Shown one piece after another: positions 26,093-40,500 of a stretch of DNA of 64,000 nt. The DNA is taken from the NCBI GenBank assembly GCA_963848295.1, contig CAWKDB010000010.1, positions 3,712,001 to 3,776,000 of the forward strand. Direction: 5' to 3'. The position numbers and the translations under genes were made by a program. The notes under the pieces were generated by a model. It saw only the letters and a list, made by a program, of their open reading frames with translations, ran no database searches and was not told the DNA's origin. The DNA is from an uncultured delta proteobacterium. GTDB lineage: Bacteria > Myxococcota_A > Polyangia > Haliangiales > Haliangiaceae. The stretch's first letter is position 1; each line of letters begins with the position of its first letter.

Positions 26093-27511
26093 ATGGTCTT
26101 TCGCGTCCTCGTCGTAGCGCTCGCGATCATCGGCTGCGGTCATCACGGCAACGACGTCGATCTCGACGCGCCACTCGCGCCCGACGCGCAGACCTGCTCC
26201 GGTCTCGAGTGCTTTCAGTACGACTGCTCGATCAAGGCCGAGCCGCCGACCACCGTGTCCGGAACGGTGTACGCGCCGAATGGAACGCTGCCGCTCTACG
26301 GTGTGAACGTCTACGTGCCCGTCCAGGATCCCGGTCCGTTCTCGGGCCACGTCGATTGCGATCGGTGCTCCGACGGCTTGGCCGGCGGGTTCTATGCGTC
26401 GACGCAGACCGACGAGATGGGGCACTTCTCGCTGCAAAACGTGCCGGCGACGTCGAACGTCCCGCTCGTCATTCAGGTCGGCAAGTGGCGGCGTCAGCTC
26501 GTGCTGCCGAACGTCGCGGCCTGCCAAGACACGCCGCTCGGGGTGACCGATACGACGTTGCCGAAGAGCCGCACCGACATGACGCCGAACACGAAGAGCG
26601 TCGATCTGCCATACATCGCGATCACGACCGGCGACGCCGACGCGCTCGAGTGCCTGCCGCTCAAGCTCGGTGTCGATCCGAGCGAGATCACGAACAGCAC
26701 CGATGGCGGACACGTCCAGCTGTTCCAGAACTACGGTGGCGGCGGCACCAAGGGCACCGGCTCGTTCATCGCCAATTGGCCGGGCGGCAACGCGACGACG
26801 TTCACCGACGCGCAGGCGTTGTGGGGTACGACCGACGCGCTCAACCCCTACGACATCGTGATCTTCTCGTGCGAAGGCGATCAAGAAGCGGCGAGCAAGC
26901 CGCAGGCCGCGCTGCAGGCGGTGCACGACTACGCCGGCATCGGCGGTCGCGTGTTCATGTCGCACTGGCAGAACATCTGGATCTCCGGCGAGAAAGGCAA
27001 CCTCGTGAATCACGGCCTACCCGACTGGCAGGCGGTCGCGACGTTCGACCTTGGCGCGGCGAACCCGAACCCCGATACGTTGACCGCGACGATCGATGTC
27101 GCGTCGAACCCGATCGGCGCATCGTTCGTGAAGTGGATGCTCTACGTCGGAGCGTCGCTGATGGCGACGCCGAACGAGTTCGAGGTCGATGGCGCGCGCG
27201 ACACGTGCACCGCAGCCGATACGTCGCTCGCCGAGCAGTGGGTGTATCTAGATCCGGCGACATCGCCGAACATCACGAGCTCGCAGATGTTCCAGTTCAC
27301 GACGCCGCAAGCCATGCCGCCCGACCAACGCTGCGGCAAGGTCGTGTTCTCCGACATGCACGTGTCGAACGACTCGAAGTCCGCACCGAACAAGCCCTAT
27401 CCGAGCGGGTGCGCGAAGGACGCGAACGGCAACTACGTGTTGTCGGCGCAAGAGAAGGCCCTGGCGTTCATGTTCTTCAACATCGCGTCCTGCGTGACCT
27501 CGATCGAGTAA
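26093..27511 (+). CDS. Myxobacterial Cys-containing lipoprotein with carboxypeptidase-regulatory-like domain
   Basis: Lipobox IIGC; TTVSGTVYAPNG...LVIQVGKWRRQ; CGKVVFSDMHV; QEKALAFMFF. Confidence 0.75.
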   Translation: MVFRVLVVALAIIGCGHHGNDVDLDAPLAPDAQTCSGLECFQYDCSIKAEPPTTVSGTVYAPNGTLPLYGVNVYVPVQDPGPFSGHVDCDRCSDGLAGGFYASTQTDEMGHFSLQNVPATSNVPLVIQVGKWRRQLVLPNVAACQDTPLGVTDTTLPKSRTDMTPNTKSVDLPYIAITTGDADALECLPLKLGVDPSEITNSTDGGHVQLFQNYGGGGTKGTGSFIANWPGGNATTFTDAQALWGTTDALNPYDIVIFSCEGDQEAASKPQAALQAVHDYAGIGGRVFMSHWQNIWISGEKGNLVNHGLPDWQAVATFDLGAANPNPDTLTATIDVASNPIGASFVKWMLYVGASLMATPNEFEVDGARDTCTAADTSLAEQWVYLDPATSPNITSSQMFQFTTPQAMPPDQRCGKVVFSDMHVSNDSKSAPNKPYPSGCAKDANGNYVLSAQEKALAFMFFNIASCVTSIE

Positions 27512-27562
27512 CGCTCCGGAGCGCCTCGATCTTGTAACGCGCCGCTGCTAGTGTGCGCGGCC

Positions 27563-27976
27563 ATGGTGCAAGCAGCAGCCAGGCAGCCCGCGATGGGCGA
27601 GATCACGACTCTCCTCGGACGCGGAACGAGCTTCGAAGGCAAGCTCACCTTCGAAGGAACGGTCCGCATCGACGGTAAGTTCAAGGGCGAAGTGTTCTCC
27701 GACGACGTGCTCGTCATCGGAGAGGGCGCGTTGGTCGAGGCCGAGATCGACATCGGCGAGATCATCATCCAGGGCACCGTCGTCGGTAACGTCAAGGCGA
27801 AGCGCTCGATCGAGATCCACGCGCCCGGCCGCGTGAAGGGCGACCTCAACACGCCGTCGCTGCAGATCGACAAGGGCGTGGTGTTCGAAGGCCGCTCGTT
27901 CATGGAAGCGGCGACCGGCACGCCGAAGCCGCAGCCGCAGCCGCCTCGCGCTCCGACGCCCGCCCCGATCAAGTAG
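27563..27976 (+). CDS. bacM: Bactofilin, BacM-like
   Basis: TLLGRGTSFEGKLTFEGTVRIDGKF...PGRVKGDLNTPSL...GVVFEG closely resembles recalled M. xanthus BacM; second ATG at 27593. Confidence 0.82.
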   Translation: MVQAAARQPAMGEITTLLGRGTSFEGKLTFEGTVRIDGKFKGEVFSDDVLVIGEGALVEAEIDIGEIIIQGTVVGNVKAKRSIEIHAPGRVKGDLNTPSLQIDKGVVFEGRSFMEAATGTPKPQPQPPRAPTPAPIK

Positions 27977-28023
27977 CGGCGAAACGTCGCAGCACCCCCG
28001 AGGAAACCTGGGGCATCGCATGG

Positions 28024-28053
28024 TTGACAGCCCGCGCGCGCCGAGACTATATA
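28024..28053 (+). promoter_or_regulatory. Candidate sigma-70 promoter of the atp operon
   Basis: Perfect TTGACA at 28024-28029; AT-rich TATATA 18 nt later. Confidence 0.5.
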
Positions 28054-28090
28054 CGGCGCGCTAATGGCCCAGGAATCTCGATAGGTTGCC

Positions 28091-28558
28091 ATGCAAACAG
28101 CCACCGCCGTTCTCGCTGCCGCGCATCCGTTGATCGACATCGACGCGACGGTCTTTGTCCAGTTCGCGCTGTTCCTGCTGCTGTTCTGGGCCTCGAACGC
28201 GTTTCTGTTCCAGCCATATCTAGCGTTGCGCGAGCGGCGCAAGGCCGGGATGGAGGGTGCGCGCGCTGAAGCCGATCGGATGACCGCATCGGCCGACGCG
28301 AAGCTCGCCGACTATGACAAGCAGCTGACCGCCGCGCGCGGTCGGGCAAACGATGAAGGCCGCAAGGTCCGCGCCGAAGCCGCCGCGCACGAGAAGCAGG
28401 TCACCGACGCGGCGCGCGCCGAGACCCAGAAGATTGTCGACGAAGCGTCCGCGCGGATGAAGATGGAGACCGAGGCGGCACGCATGCAGCTGCTCCCCCA
28501 GGCGAACGCGCTCGCGAGACAGATCGCGAGCCGGCTGCTCGACCGGGAGGTCTCGTGA
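28091..28558 (+). CDS. atpF': ATP synthase F0 subunit b'
   Basis: IDIDATVFVQFALF TM, LFQPYL...ERR, coiled coil. Confidence 0.85.
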   Translation: MQTATAVLAAAHPLIDIDATVFVQFALFLLLFWASNAFLFQPYLALRERRKAGMEGARAEADRMTASADAKLADYDKQLTAARGRANDEGRKVRAEAAAHEKQVTDAARAETQKIVDEASARMKMETEAARMQLLPQANALARQIASRLLDREVS

Positions 28559-29304
28559 TGATCTCGAAGCGATTCGTCGTCGCGGCGGCGCTGGTGTTCG
28601 GCGGCGTCGCTCACGCCGATGACCGGTCGGATGCCGAGCGCAAGCGCGAGGATGCGGAGATCGGCCACGTCGACGAGACGCCGGAGGATCCGTCGGCGCA
28701 CTTCAACATGTTCGGCGTCCACTACCGCGGCAAGGACGAGTACGGCGGCGAGTTCGGCGACGGCAAGATGGTCGACGAGAACACCGGCAAGACCGAACCG
28801 GGCGAGGAGCCGATGTCTCCGCCGTTCGTGTTCATGCTGATCAACTTCGCGCTGCTGCTGTTCGTGCTCGGCAAGTACGGCAGCCCGGCCGCGCGCAAGC
28901 TCGCGCAAGAGCGTCACGACCAGATCAAGACGTCACTCGACGACGCCGCAAAGTTGCGCGACGCCGCGAAGGCCAAGCTCGCGGAGTACGAGTCGCGGAT
29001 CGCGGGCCTGGATGCCGAGATCAAGCTTATCGTCGACGATATTCGCGCCAGCGCCGAAGCGGACAAGGCGAGGATCCTCGCGGCTGCCAAGGCGCAGGCT
29101 GAAGCGCTGAAGAAGGACTCCGAGCTACGCATCGCCGCGGAGATCTTGACCGCGCGCGCCGAGTTGACCCGCGAAGTCACGGTGGCAGCAGCGGTCGCGA
29201 CCGAGAAGCTGCTGCGCGACAAGGTAACTGCCGACGACCAGAGCAAGTTGGTCGGGACGTTCATCGCCGGCGTCGCGCCGACGTCCGCGAAGGAGGCTCG
29301 CTAA
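28555..29304 (+). CDS. atpF: ATP synthase F0 subunit b with N-terminal extension
   Basis: LINFALLLFVL TM followed by coiled coil; operon position. Confidence 0.85.
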   Translation: MMISKRFVVAAALVFGGVAHADDRSDAERKREDAEIGHVDETPEDPSAHFNMFGVHYRGKDEYGGEFGDGKMVDENTGKTEPGEEPMSPPFVFMLINFALLLFVLGKYGSPAARKLAQERHDQIKTSLDDAAKLRDAAKAKLAEYESRIAGLDAEIKLIVDDIRASAEADKARILAAAKAQAEALKKDSELRIAAEILTARAELTREVTVAAAVATEKLLRDKVTADDQSKLVGTFIAGVAPTSAKEAR

Positions 29305-29305
29305 C

Positions 29306-29845
29306 ATGCCGAGCGGAAGCCTCGCGAGGCGCTACGCGAAAGCGATCGTCGAGATCGGGATCGCACAGGGTAACCTCGACAAGATCGGTGGCGACCTGCG
29401 CTCGCTCGCGAAGGCGATGCACGACTCGGTCGAGCTCGTCACGCTGCTGAGCAATCCGGCGATTCGCCGCAACGATCGCCGCAAGGTGGTCGACGCGCTG
29501 CTCGGCAAGATCGGCGCGCAGCCAGTCACGACGAACATCGTGTCGCTGCTGCTCGACAAGGAGCGGCTGTCTTCGCTGCCGATGATCTCGCGCGAGATCG
29601 ACGCGGCGATCGAAGCGAAGGCCGGTCGTATCGCCGCCGAGCTCGTGTCGGCCAAGCCACTCGATCCGGCACAGCTGTCGAAGATCACGGCGGCGCTCGA
29701 GAAGCTCTCCGGTAAGAAGGTCACCATGCAGAAACGCGAAGACGCCGCGCTTCTCGGCGGGGTCGTCGCGAAGGTCGGCGACATCGTGTACGACGGAAGT
29801 TTGCGCACTCAGCTCGCCGCCCTGTGCGAAGAGCTCACCAAGTAG
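29306..29845 (+). CDS. atpH: ATP synthase F1 delta
   Basis: [29 protein letters not shown]. Confidence 0.93.
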   Translation: MPSGSLARRYAKAIVEIGIAQGNLDKIGGDLRSLAKAMHDSVELVTLLSNPAIRRNDRRKVVDALLGKIGAQPVTTNIVSLLLDKERLSSLPMISREIDAAIEAKAGRIAAELVSAKPLDPAQLSKITAALEKLSGKKVTMQKREDAALLGGVVAKVGDIVYDGSLRTQLAALCEELTK

Positions 29846-29853
29846 AGGCCACC

Positions 29854-33742
<3,889 letters not shown>

Positions 33743-33743
<1 letters not shown>

Positions 33744-34165
33744 TGGCGGACACCCTGGCCACGTTCCTCGGAGTAAATCTAGTGACGCCGCAGGGCGTCG
33801 TCGCGCACACCGACACCGACAGCGTGCAGGCGCCGGGCGAGCTCGGCGAGCTCGAGTTGTTGCCGGGCCACGTGCCGCTGTTGACCGCGCTCAAGCCCGG
33901 CGTGCTGACGATAGGGACGAAGGCTCGCGCGCGCTATGCGGTGTCGAGCGGCTACCTGCGCATCGATCCGCAGGGCGTGGTCGAGCTCCTCGTCGAGCAG
34001 GCGGTTCCCGCCGATGCGGTCAATGCCGAGGCCGCGCGCACGGAGCTCAAATCGGCCGAGACCGAGCTGGCGCAATGGGGCGCCAAGCCGCAAGACGGCG
34101 ACTACGCGAATCTCCTGCACCGCGCCGACTGGGCGCGCGCGCAGATCGATGCCGCGGCGCACTAG
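33743..34165 (+). CDS. atpC: ATP synthase F1 epsilon
   Basis: LVTPQG, GELELLPGHVPLLTALKPG; last gene of the operon. Confidence 0.92.
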
Positions 34166-34171
34166 GGGCTT

Positions 34172-34870
34172 CTAGAGCTCGGGCCCGTATGGCCTCGACA
34201 GCGAGGCGATCGTCAGCGCGCCAGAAAACACGCGAAGCTCGCGTGAAGCGACAGGCGTGTAGGTGTAATCGAACAGTAGGTCGATGCTCTGGGTCTGCGC
34301 GTCGAGGATATAAGCGACGCCGTCCGACGAGGTCGAGGTCGCGGTCGCGTCGGGCGCGCCGCTCGCGTTGTCGTAGAGAACCGTTTGCATCGGTGGCGGG
34401 TTGATCGTCGCGCCGTACGCGCCGGCTTGTACTTCGATCACGCCCGCGCCCGCACGGTCCGTGACCCCGGCGGTGGTGTAGAGCGCCGCATAGGCGTCGG
34501 GCGAGAATACGTCGAGTGCCACACCGAGTGCATCGCCGACGAGAATGCTCTGAAAGTTGTAATACGTCGTGACATACGCGGCGTTCGTTGCCTCGAGGTA
34601 GATGTCGCCATAGCCCGAGGTCGTCGGCAGATCGAGCGCGAAATCACCGGCACTGTCGGTCTGCGTCGATCCCATCTGCGAGTCATCGTCGAGTCGGTTC
34701 GCGGCGACGGCGATGCCCGACGCCGGGGCACCTGAAGCGGCGCCATGGAATGCGACCGTGCCGCTGATCCGGATCATCGATGGCCGGTCTGCGTCGTGCG
34801 GTCCATCGGGAGCGAGCGGAGCCCCGCACGCAGCGAGGACGAGCGAGATGAACACGAGGCGGGTCGGCAT
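34172..34870 (-). CDS. Lipoprotein with carboxypeptidase-regulatory-like beta sandwich
   Basis: Lipobox LAAC; ISGTV...TDSAGDFAL motif. Confidence 0.68.
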   Translation of the reverse strand: MPTRLVFISLVLAACGAPLAPDGPHDADRPSMIRISGTVAFHGAASGAPASGIAVAANRLDDDSQMGSTQTDSAGDFALDLPTTSGYGDIYLEATNAAYVTTYYNFQSILVGDALGVALDVFSPDAYAALYTTAGVTDRAGAGVIEVQAGAYGATINPPPMQTVLYDNASGAPDATATSTSSDGVAYILDAQTQSIDLLFDYTYTPVASRELRVFSGALTIASLSRPYGPEL

Positions 34871-34883
34871 GCGGCCCCGCATC

Positions 34884-34899
34884 GCACGTCTCGCGCCAA
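34884..34899 (-). promoter_or_regulatory. Candidate sigma-54 (-24/-12) promoter
   Basis: Minus strand TTGGCGCGAGACGTGC gives GG-N10-GC, 13 nt above ATG 34870. Confidence 0.5.
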
Positions 34900-35019
34900 G
34901 GCGTTCTCAGCTAATTCGAGATGTTGCGCGACCCCAGACGCCTTGACCGCGCGAGATCGCGACGCCGATGTCTGACTTTCGATCGCCAACATCCGGTGGA
35001 CGGGCGAAGCGCTGGGTTG

Positions 35020-35721
35020 TCACTGCTGGCGATACTCGAACGTCGCGCGCACGTTCGCGCGACCGCCTTTGCCGATGACGACCGTGAGCGACTTCGCGCC
35101 GAGCGTCGGGTGCCACGCCTCGAGCGTGTAGGTCCCCGGCGGGATGCCTTTGATGTCGAACGCGCCGTCGTTACCCGTGACCGCGAAGAACGGATGGTCT
35201 TGGACGACCGCGTAGGCGTGCATCCACGGGTGCACGTTGCACGCGAGCTCGACGACATCGCCGGCAGCCGGCTTCGCTTCGATCGCGAGCTTGTCGTCGG
35301 GCTGCTGCATCTTATTGACGATGTCTTTGCCCGCGATCGTGCCGTGGACGTTGTGAAACAAGTTGTCACCGTTATGCACCGCGAGCTCTTGGCCGACCAT
35401 GATCCCGACGACGCGCGGCGTGTACTGGCACGCGCGCTGGTCGACAACCACCGGCGTGGTCGGCGCGGCGTGCGTGCCCGCCGTTCCGTTCTTGATCCGC
35501 ACGAGCACGCCGGCGAGCTTGCCCTTCGTGACGATGATCGCCTCGTCGTGCACGTCGCCACCGCACTTCTTATCGACGTTGCTCGGCGTCCCGCGCTCGG
35601 GCGCCTCGCCCACGAAGTTCACCGTGCCCTTGATCGAGCCGGTCGGTGGATCGGCCAGACTCGGCTCGCATAGTGCTGCGAGCACGATCGCGGCGACGGC
35701 ATACGAGGACCTGAACGTCAT
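35020..35721 (-). CDS. Secreted cupredoxin-like / carboxypeptidase-regulatory domain protein
   Basis: Signal peptide; VDQRACQYTPRV, HNVH, CNVHPWM (C-x2-H-x2-M), PGTYTLEAWH; the longer ORF-track N-terminus is spurious. Confidence 0.75.
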   Translation of the reverse strand: MTFRSSYAVAAIVLAALCEPSLADPPTGSIKGTVNFVGEAPERGTPSNVDKKCGGDVHDEAIIVTKGKLAGVLVRIKNGTAGTHAAPTTPVVVDQRACQYTPRVVGIMVGQELAVHNGDNLFHNVHGTIAGKDIVNKMQQPDDKLAIEAKPAAGDVVELACNVHPWMHAYAVVQDHPFFAVTGNDGAFDIKGIPPGTYTLEAWHPTLGAKSLTVVIGKGGRANVRATFEYRQQ

Positions 35722-35774
35722 GTCGCGGCGAGCGTAACCCACCTGGCGCGACGCGATCGATCTATGCTCCCGTC

Positions 35775-37562
35775 GTGGCAGATCTTCCGGTCGCTCTCGG
35801 GCCGCTCGACGCGGTTCCGCCGGCCTTGCGCTATCGCGTGCGCGAAGTGCTCGGAGGTTTGCCGCTCGAGGGAGGCCCGCTCGAAGGCCTCGCGCTCGAG
35901 AAGCTCGCGCGGCTCGTCGCCGACGGCGAGCCCTGGCTAGGCGCCGATCCGTCGCTGGCCGACGTCGGCTACTGGATGATCGAGCCGCGCCACGCCGTCG
36001 AGCTGCGCCGGCGCGGTTGCGTGTGGTTGTCGCGGTTTCCATCGGCGGAGACCAGCAAGCGGCTCGCCGCGATCGCGCGTGACCCGGCCACGCCACCGGC
36101 GCTGCGCGATCAGGCGATCTGGGCGCTCGGCTGGCGCCAGATTCGCGACCTGCATCCGGCGACGAGATGGCCGACCGAGGCGATCGCGCTCGCCGACGAG
36201 GTGTTGATCGAGCTCGCCGATGCCGCGACCGATGCCGGCAAGATCGCGAGCGGTCAGCTCGCGCCGGCGCTGCGCCACGTCCAAGCCGAGGCAGCGTCTG
36301 CGGTGTGCGCGCGCGCACCCGCGCTGTGGGCCGACGCGCTCGAGTGCTTTGCGACGCCGGCGCTCGCTCGCGTGCTGCTCGTCTGTCTCGATGACATTCC
36401 AGCGCCGCATCGAGTGCGCGCGGTGCGGCTCGTCGCCGCGGTGCTCGGAGGAGAAGCCGTGCCGATGCTGACGGTGCGCGGCAGTCACGGCGCGATGACG
36501 AGCGAGCGGCTCGAGATGCTGTATCTGACGATCGCGCTCGCGGGCGAGGCGAAGCTCGGCGCGTTCGAAGACGCACTGCGCGGGTTGAAATCGATCGAGC
36601 TGTTGCGCCAGCGAGCGAAGTGGCACCTCGCGCATCCTGGAGTGATTCCGACGGTGCGCGGGCTGCGCGTCGCGCGCTCCACCGCCGTGATCGCCCCCGA
36701 TCAACGCCGCACCGCGTGCGCGCTGGCGGCCGACGATCTCGGCGCTCTGACGAAGTTCGCGCGTCACCCCGAGGCGAACCTCTACGCGATGTGGGGCTGG
36801 ATGGTGCGCGGCTCCGCGGATCCCGCGCGCGCGAGGGAGCTCGTCGCCGCTCATCCCGAATCGCAACAGCTCGTGCGCGATCTCTATCTCGAGGACCTCG
36901 CGCAACGCGGTCGCGTCAGGCAGCTCGCCGCGGCGGCGCAGACGATGCGCACTCCGGATCTCGGCGCGCTCCAGCTCGCGATTCATGGCCGACCGATCGC
37001 GGCGCTCGAGCTCGCGGCGACGTCGCGCTCGCACACCCCGGAGCTCGTGTGCGCGCGTGCGCTCGCCTGCTATCGCAGCGGCCGCCCAGACCTCGCGGCG
37101 CGCTTGCTCGCCGAGGATCTGCCGCCGTCGGAGATCGTCGACGATGCCGGCCTCGAACCGTTTCCCGGACCGCACGAGCGCTGGCTGATCGAGCGGGCGC
37201 CCGATGCGCGCCCGGCACTGCGCGCGCTCGCGAGCGGCGTCGCGGCCGTGGTGGCGCTCGCGAAGCCATCGCTCGACGACGCGGAGCCCGACCCGCCGAC
37301 GATCGAGCCGACCGCCGCGGTGGCGCGCCGCCTCGGTCGTGGCTTACTCGGCGCGACGATCTACCTCGCTGGCGAGTTCGTGAAGCGGAACAAGGACGCG
37401 ATCGCGTCGGCCGCCGAGCGAGCCGGCGCTCGCCTCGTCACCGGACCTTTTCCCGGCATCGACTACTACGTCTGCGGTGACACCTGCCCCGTGCAAACGA
37501 TCGCGCAGCTCGAACGCCAGGGGACGCGGCGACTGCACGGCGGCGAGCTGGAGGGCGTCTAG
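35775..37562 (+). CDS. Helical-repeat (HEAT/TPR-like) protein with C-terminal BRCT-like domain
   Basis: LRDQAIWALG HEAT-like motif; C-terminal LLGATIYLAGEF...AERAGARLV...DYYVCGD...GTRRL fits the BRCT pattern. Confidence 0.65.
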   Translation: MADLPVALGPLDAVPPALRYRVREVLGGLPLEGGPLEGLALEKLARLVADGEPWLGADPSLADVGYWMIEPRHAVELRRRGCVWLSRFPSAETSKRLAAIARDPATPPALRDQAIWALGWRQIRDLHPATRWPTEAIALADEVLIELADAATDAGKIASGQLAPALRHVQAEAASAVCARAPALWADALECFATPALARVLLVCLDDIPAPHRVRAVRLVAAVLGGEAVPMLTVRGSHGAMTSERLEMLYLTIALAGEAKLGAFEDALRGLKSIELLRQRAKWHLAHPGVIPTVRGLRVARSTAVIAPDQRRTACALAADDLGALTKFARHPEANLYAMWGWMVRGSADPARARELVAAHPESQQLVRDLYLEDLAQRGRVRQLAAAAQTMRTPDLGALQLAIHGRPIAALELAATSRSHTPELVCARALACYRSGRPDLAARLLAEDLPPSEIVDDAGLEPFPGPHERWLIERAPDARPALRALASGVAAVVALAKPSLDDAEPDPPTIEPTAAVARRLGRGLLGATIYLAGEFVKRNKDAIASAAERAGARLVTGPFPGIDYYVCGDTCPVQTIAQLERQGTRRLHGGELEGV

Positions 37563-40500
37563 TGCCGGCGCTCGCCAAGCCGCATCGCGTCGCGTTCCTC
37601 GTGCCCGAGGTCTCGATCGACGGACCCGATGCGCCGTTCGAGCGCGCCGCCGCGGCGTTGTTGTGGACCGCCTGCATCGAAGCGTGTCAGCGCCACCCGC
37701 GCCTCGCGGTGCTCGATCCCGACGCCACACCCTTGCTGCCGCAAGACGGCCACTTCGTCCCGAAACACGCCGAGCGCGGCGGCCGGCCGAACGACGCGTT
37801 CTTCGCACCGACCCGGCGCGACGAAGTGCTCTGGCTCGAGCTATCGCTCAGCGGCAAACCGGCAGCGGTGCGGCTCCACGTCGTCGGACGCGACGGCACG
37901 CAGGAGTCGTTCGATGCCCTCGGTCGCAACATCGGCTCGCAGGTCGACCAGGTGCTCGCGGCGTGGCTGACAGCGCGCGGATTGGGTCCGTTGCCGCGTC
38001 GGTTCGAACCAGCGACGAGCGACGAGCTCCTCGCGGTCGTTCGGATCATCGGGCCCGTGCTCGCCGAACAAGCGCGCGCGTGGGCGTTGCCGGTCGCGAC
38101 GAAACCGACCTGGAGCCTCGCGGTCGTGGCTGACTCTCTCGACGAGTCGCTCGACGAGTCGCTCGATCTCGACGACGACGCACCGGTCGACGTCACGGTC
38201 GACTCGACGCTCGATACGCCGGTCGAGACGACGAGCGGGCGGTCGATCGCGCGACCGGTCGCGAATCGCCTACCGGGGCAGATGCGCGTGTCGGCGTTGC
38301 GCTTGCTCGAGCTCGCCTTGCGCGAGGACCTCTCCGAGCTCGTGCTCGCGCTCGACCCCGAGCACCCGCAGGCGTTGTTTGGAAAGTTCGAGGCGGCCGC
38401 TCCACACCGCCGCGACTACGCGTTGCTGCGCCGCGTGATCACGAGCGCGCCGGGTTGGGCGCGGCCGCACGAAGAGCTCGATGCCGCCGACGATGCGAGC
38501 GCGGCCGAGACGTTCGCCGAAGGCGTTGGCGCGCCGAGCACGCTCGAGACCACCGCAGCAGCGGCGATCGCGGCGCTGTGTCGGCCCGCGGCGCTGCCGG
38601 TGCTCGTCGCGTCCGCGGAGCGACTCGATGGGGCGGCGCGCACCGACGAAGCGCTACGCCTGCTCGAGCGCGCCGTCGCGTTGATGCCCGACGATCCGCG
38701 CGCACACGTCGCACTGCTCGACCTCTACGAGCACGCCGATCGCGAGGGCGCGCAACTCGACCAAGCGTTGCGCTCGTCGAGCTCGCACGGCTGCCCGATG
38801 GATCCTGTGCTGCCGTGGTATCCCGACCAGATCCACGTCGATCTCCGCGCCTCGACCGCGTTGCTCGATGTCGGTCGGCTCGACGAGGCGATCGCGTTGC
38901 GCGCGAATCGGCTCGATGGCCGCGAGGCCGCGTGGGCAGCGCAGGCGCGCGTGCTCGGCGATTGGCGCAAAGATCCGCGGTTCGTCGCGTGGAGCTACGC
39001 GCGCGAAGGCTACTTCCGCGGCGATGAGGCGCGCGCGGTCGAGGGTTTCGGTCGCGTCGAGCCCGGTGACTCGATCGATCTCGCGATCTTCCTCGATTCG
39101 CTCGTCGCGCTCGGACGAGAGAACGAGGTCGCGTTCGCATGGGCGCAGTTCGGGCTCGGCCGCGGCTTTTCGCAGTCGGTCGCGCGGCTCGCGGCGGCGC
39201 GAGGCTTGTTCGCGGCCGGCCACTGGCGCGACGGGCTCGAACAGCTGTGGCGCGTCGAGCTCGGCGACCCGGGCCGCGACGAGCACGTGGCGATCGCGCG
39301 CGCGTTGCGCACGGTCTCGGCGGTGTCGGCCGATGGCTTCATCGCGATCGAAGCCGCGATCGCCGAACGGCTCGATGCCGGCGCGACCTCGCTCGCTCGT
39401 CGCATGGCGCGGGACCTCGCGGACTTCGTACCCGCGGCCACGAGTAGCTCGGTCGTCGCGCGTGCGCTTGGCAAGGCCAACCTGGTGGCGTTCGATCCGG
39501 CGTGGCTCGCCGGATTTTCGCCCACTACGCCGAGTCGACGCGCGATCGATGCGTTGTTCGCCGACATCGACGCCACGCGCAAAGACGCCGATGCACGCAG
39601 CGAGCTCGCGCTCGGCGATCGACTCGTCGGGCGATGGCTCGAGGTCGTGTTTGCCGAGGCGTCCGAGGACGACCGCGCGGCACTCGCGCAAGCCGCCGCC
39701 TACACCGCAGCGCAAGCGCTCGCGCGTTACCTCGCGGCGACGACCGCAGGTCCGGCGTTGCTCGCCGGCGCGCTGCGCACGGTAGCTGGCGAAGCGCTCG
39801 CGCTGGTCGCGCGCCATCGTCACGCGCTCGGCGATCGCGAGGCAAGGGCGTTGTGCGGTGCGATCGATCCGGCGCTGCGCCGTATCGATCGTTGGATCGG
39901 CACGCAGTGGCTCGGCGCGGTCGAGCGCGCGGTCGGCCTCGACGAACGCAGCAATGGCGACGTGGTCGGGTTCGTCGCACGATATCCGATCGTCGCGGCG
40001 CGCATCCTCGGGCCTGAGGAGGTCGCCGTGCTCGGTTGGTCGATCGCCAGGTTGTTCCGCGAGCGTCCCGACGGGTGGGCGAGCGCGGTCGCGGCGCAGG
40101 CGGAGCGGCTCGCGACTCACACCGGCGGCGCGGGGGTCGACGAGTGGGCCGATGCGGTCGTCGAGCAACTCGCGACCAAGACGACGGAGCTCCCCGATGC
40201 GATCGACGCGCTCGCGACCGCGAGCTACCTCGCGCGTGGCGATTCGGCCCTTCCCGGACTTCGCGCGGCCGGCGTCTTGCTGGCCGCCGACCGCGGCGAA
40301 GCAGCGCTCGCCGTGCTGTGCGACGCATTGCCCGACGCCGACGTCGTCACGCGCGATCGCGAGCTCGCGCCATTCGCGAATGCGTGGCGCGCGGCCGACA
40401 TCAACGTGCCGTTCGAGTTCGAGCGTGCCGCGGAGGAGACGTCTGCCGCGGTGCAAGCCGGTGCACCGGCACGAGGAGTCCAACTCGGCAGGTGGGCGAT

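Noticed and set aside
27503..27530. Palindrome CGCTCCGGAGCG after the lipoprotein stop as an intrinsic terminator
   Set aside because: No loop or U-tract; too weak to call
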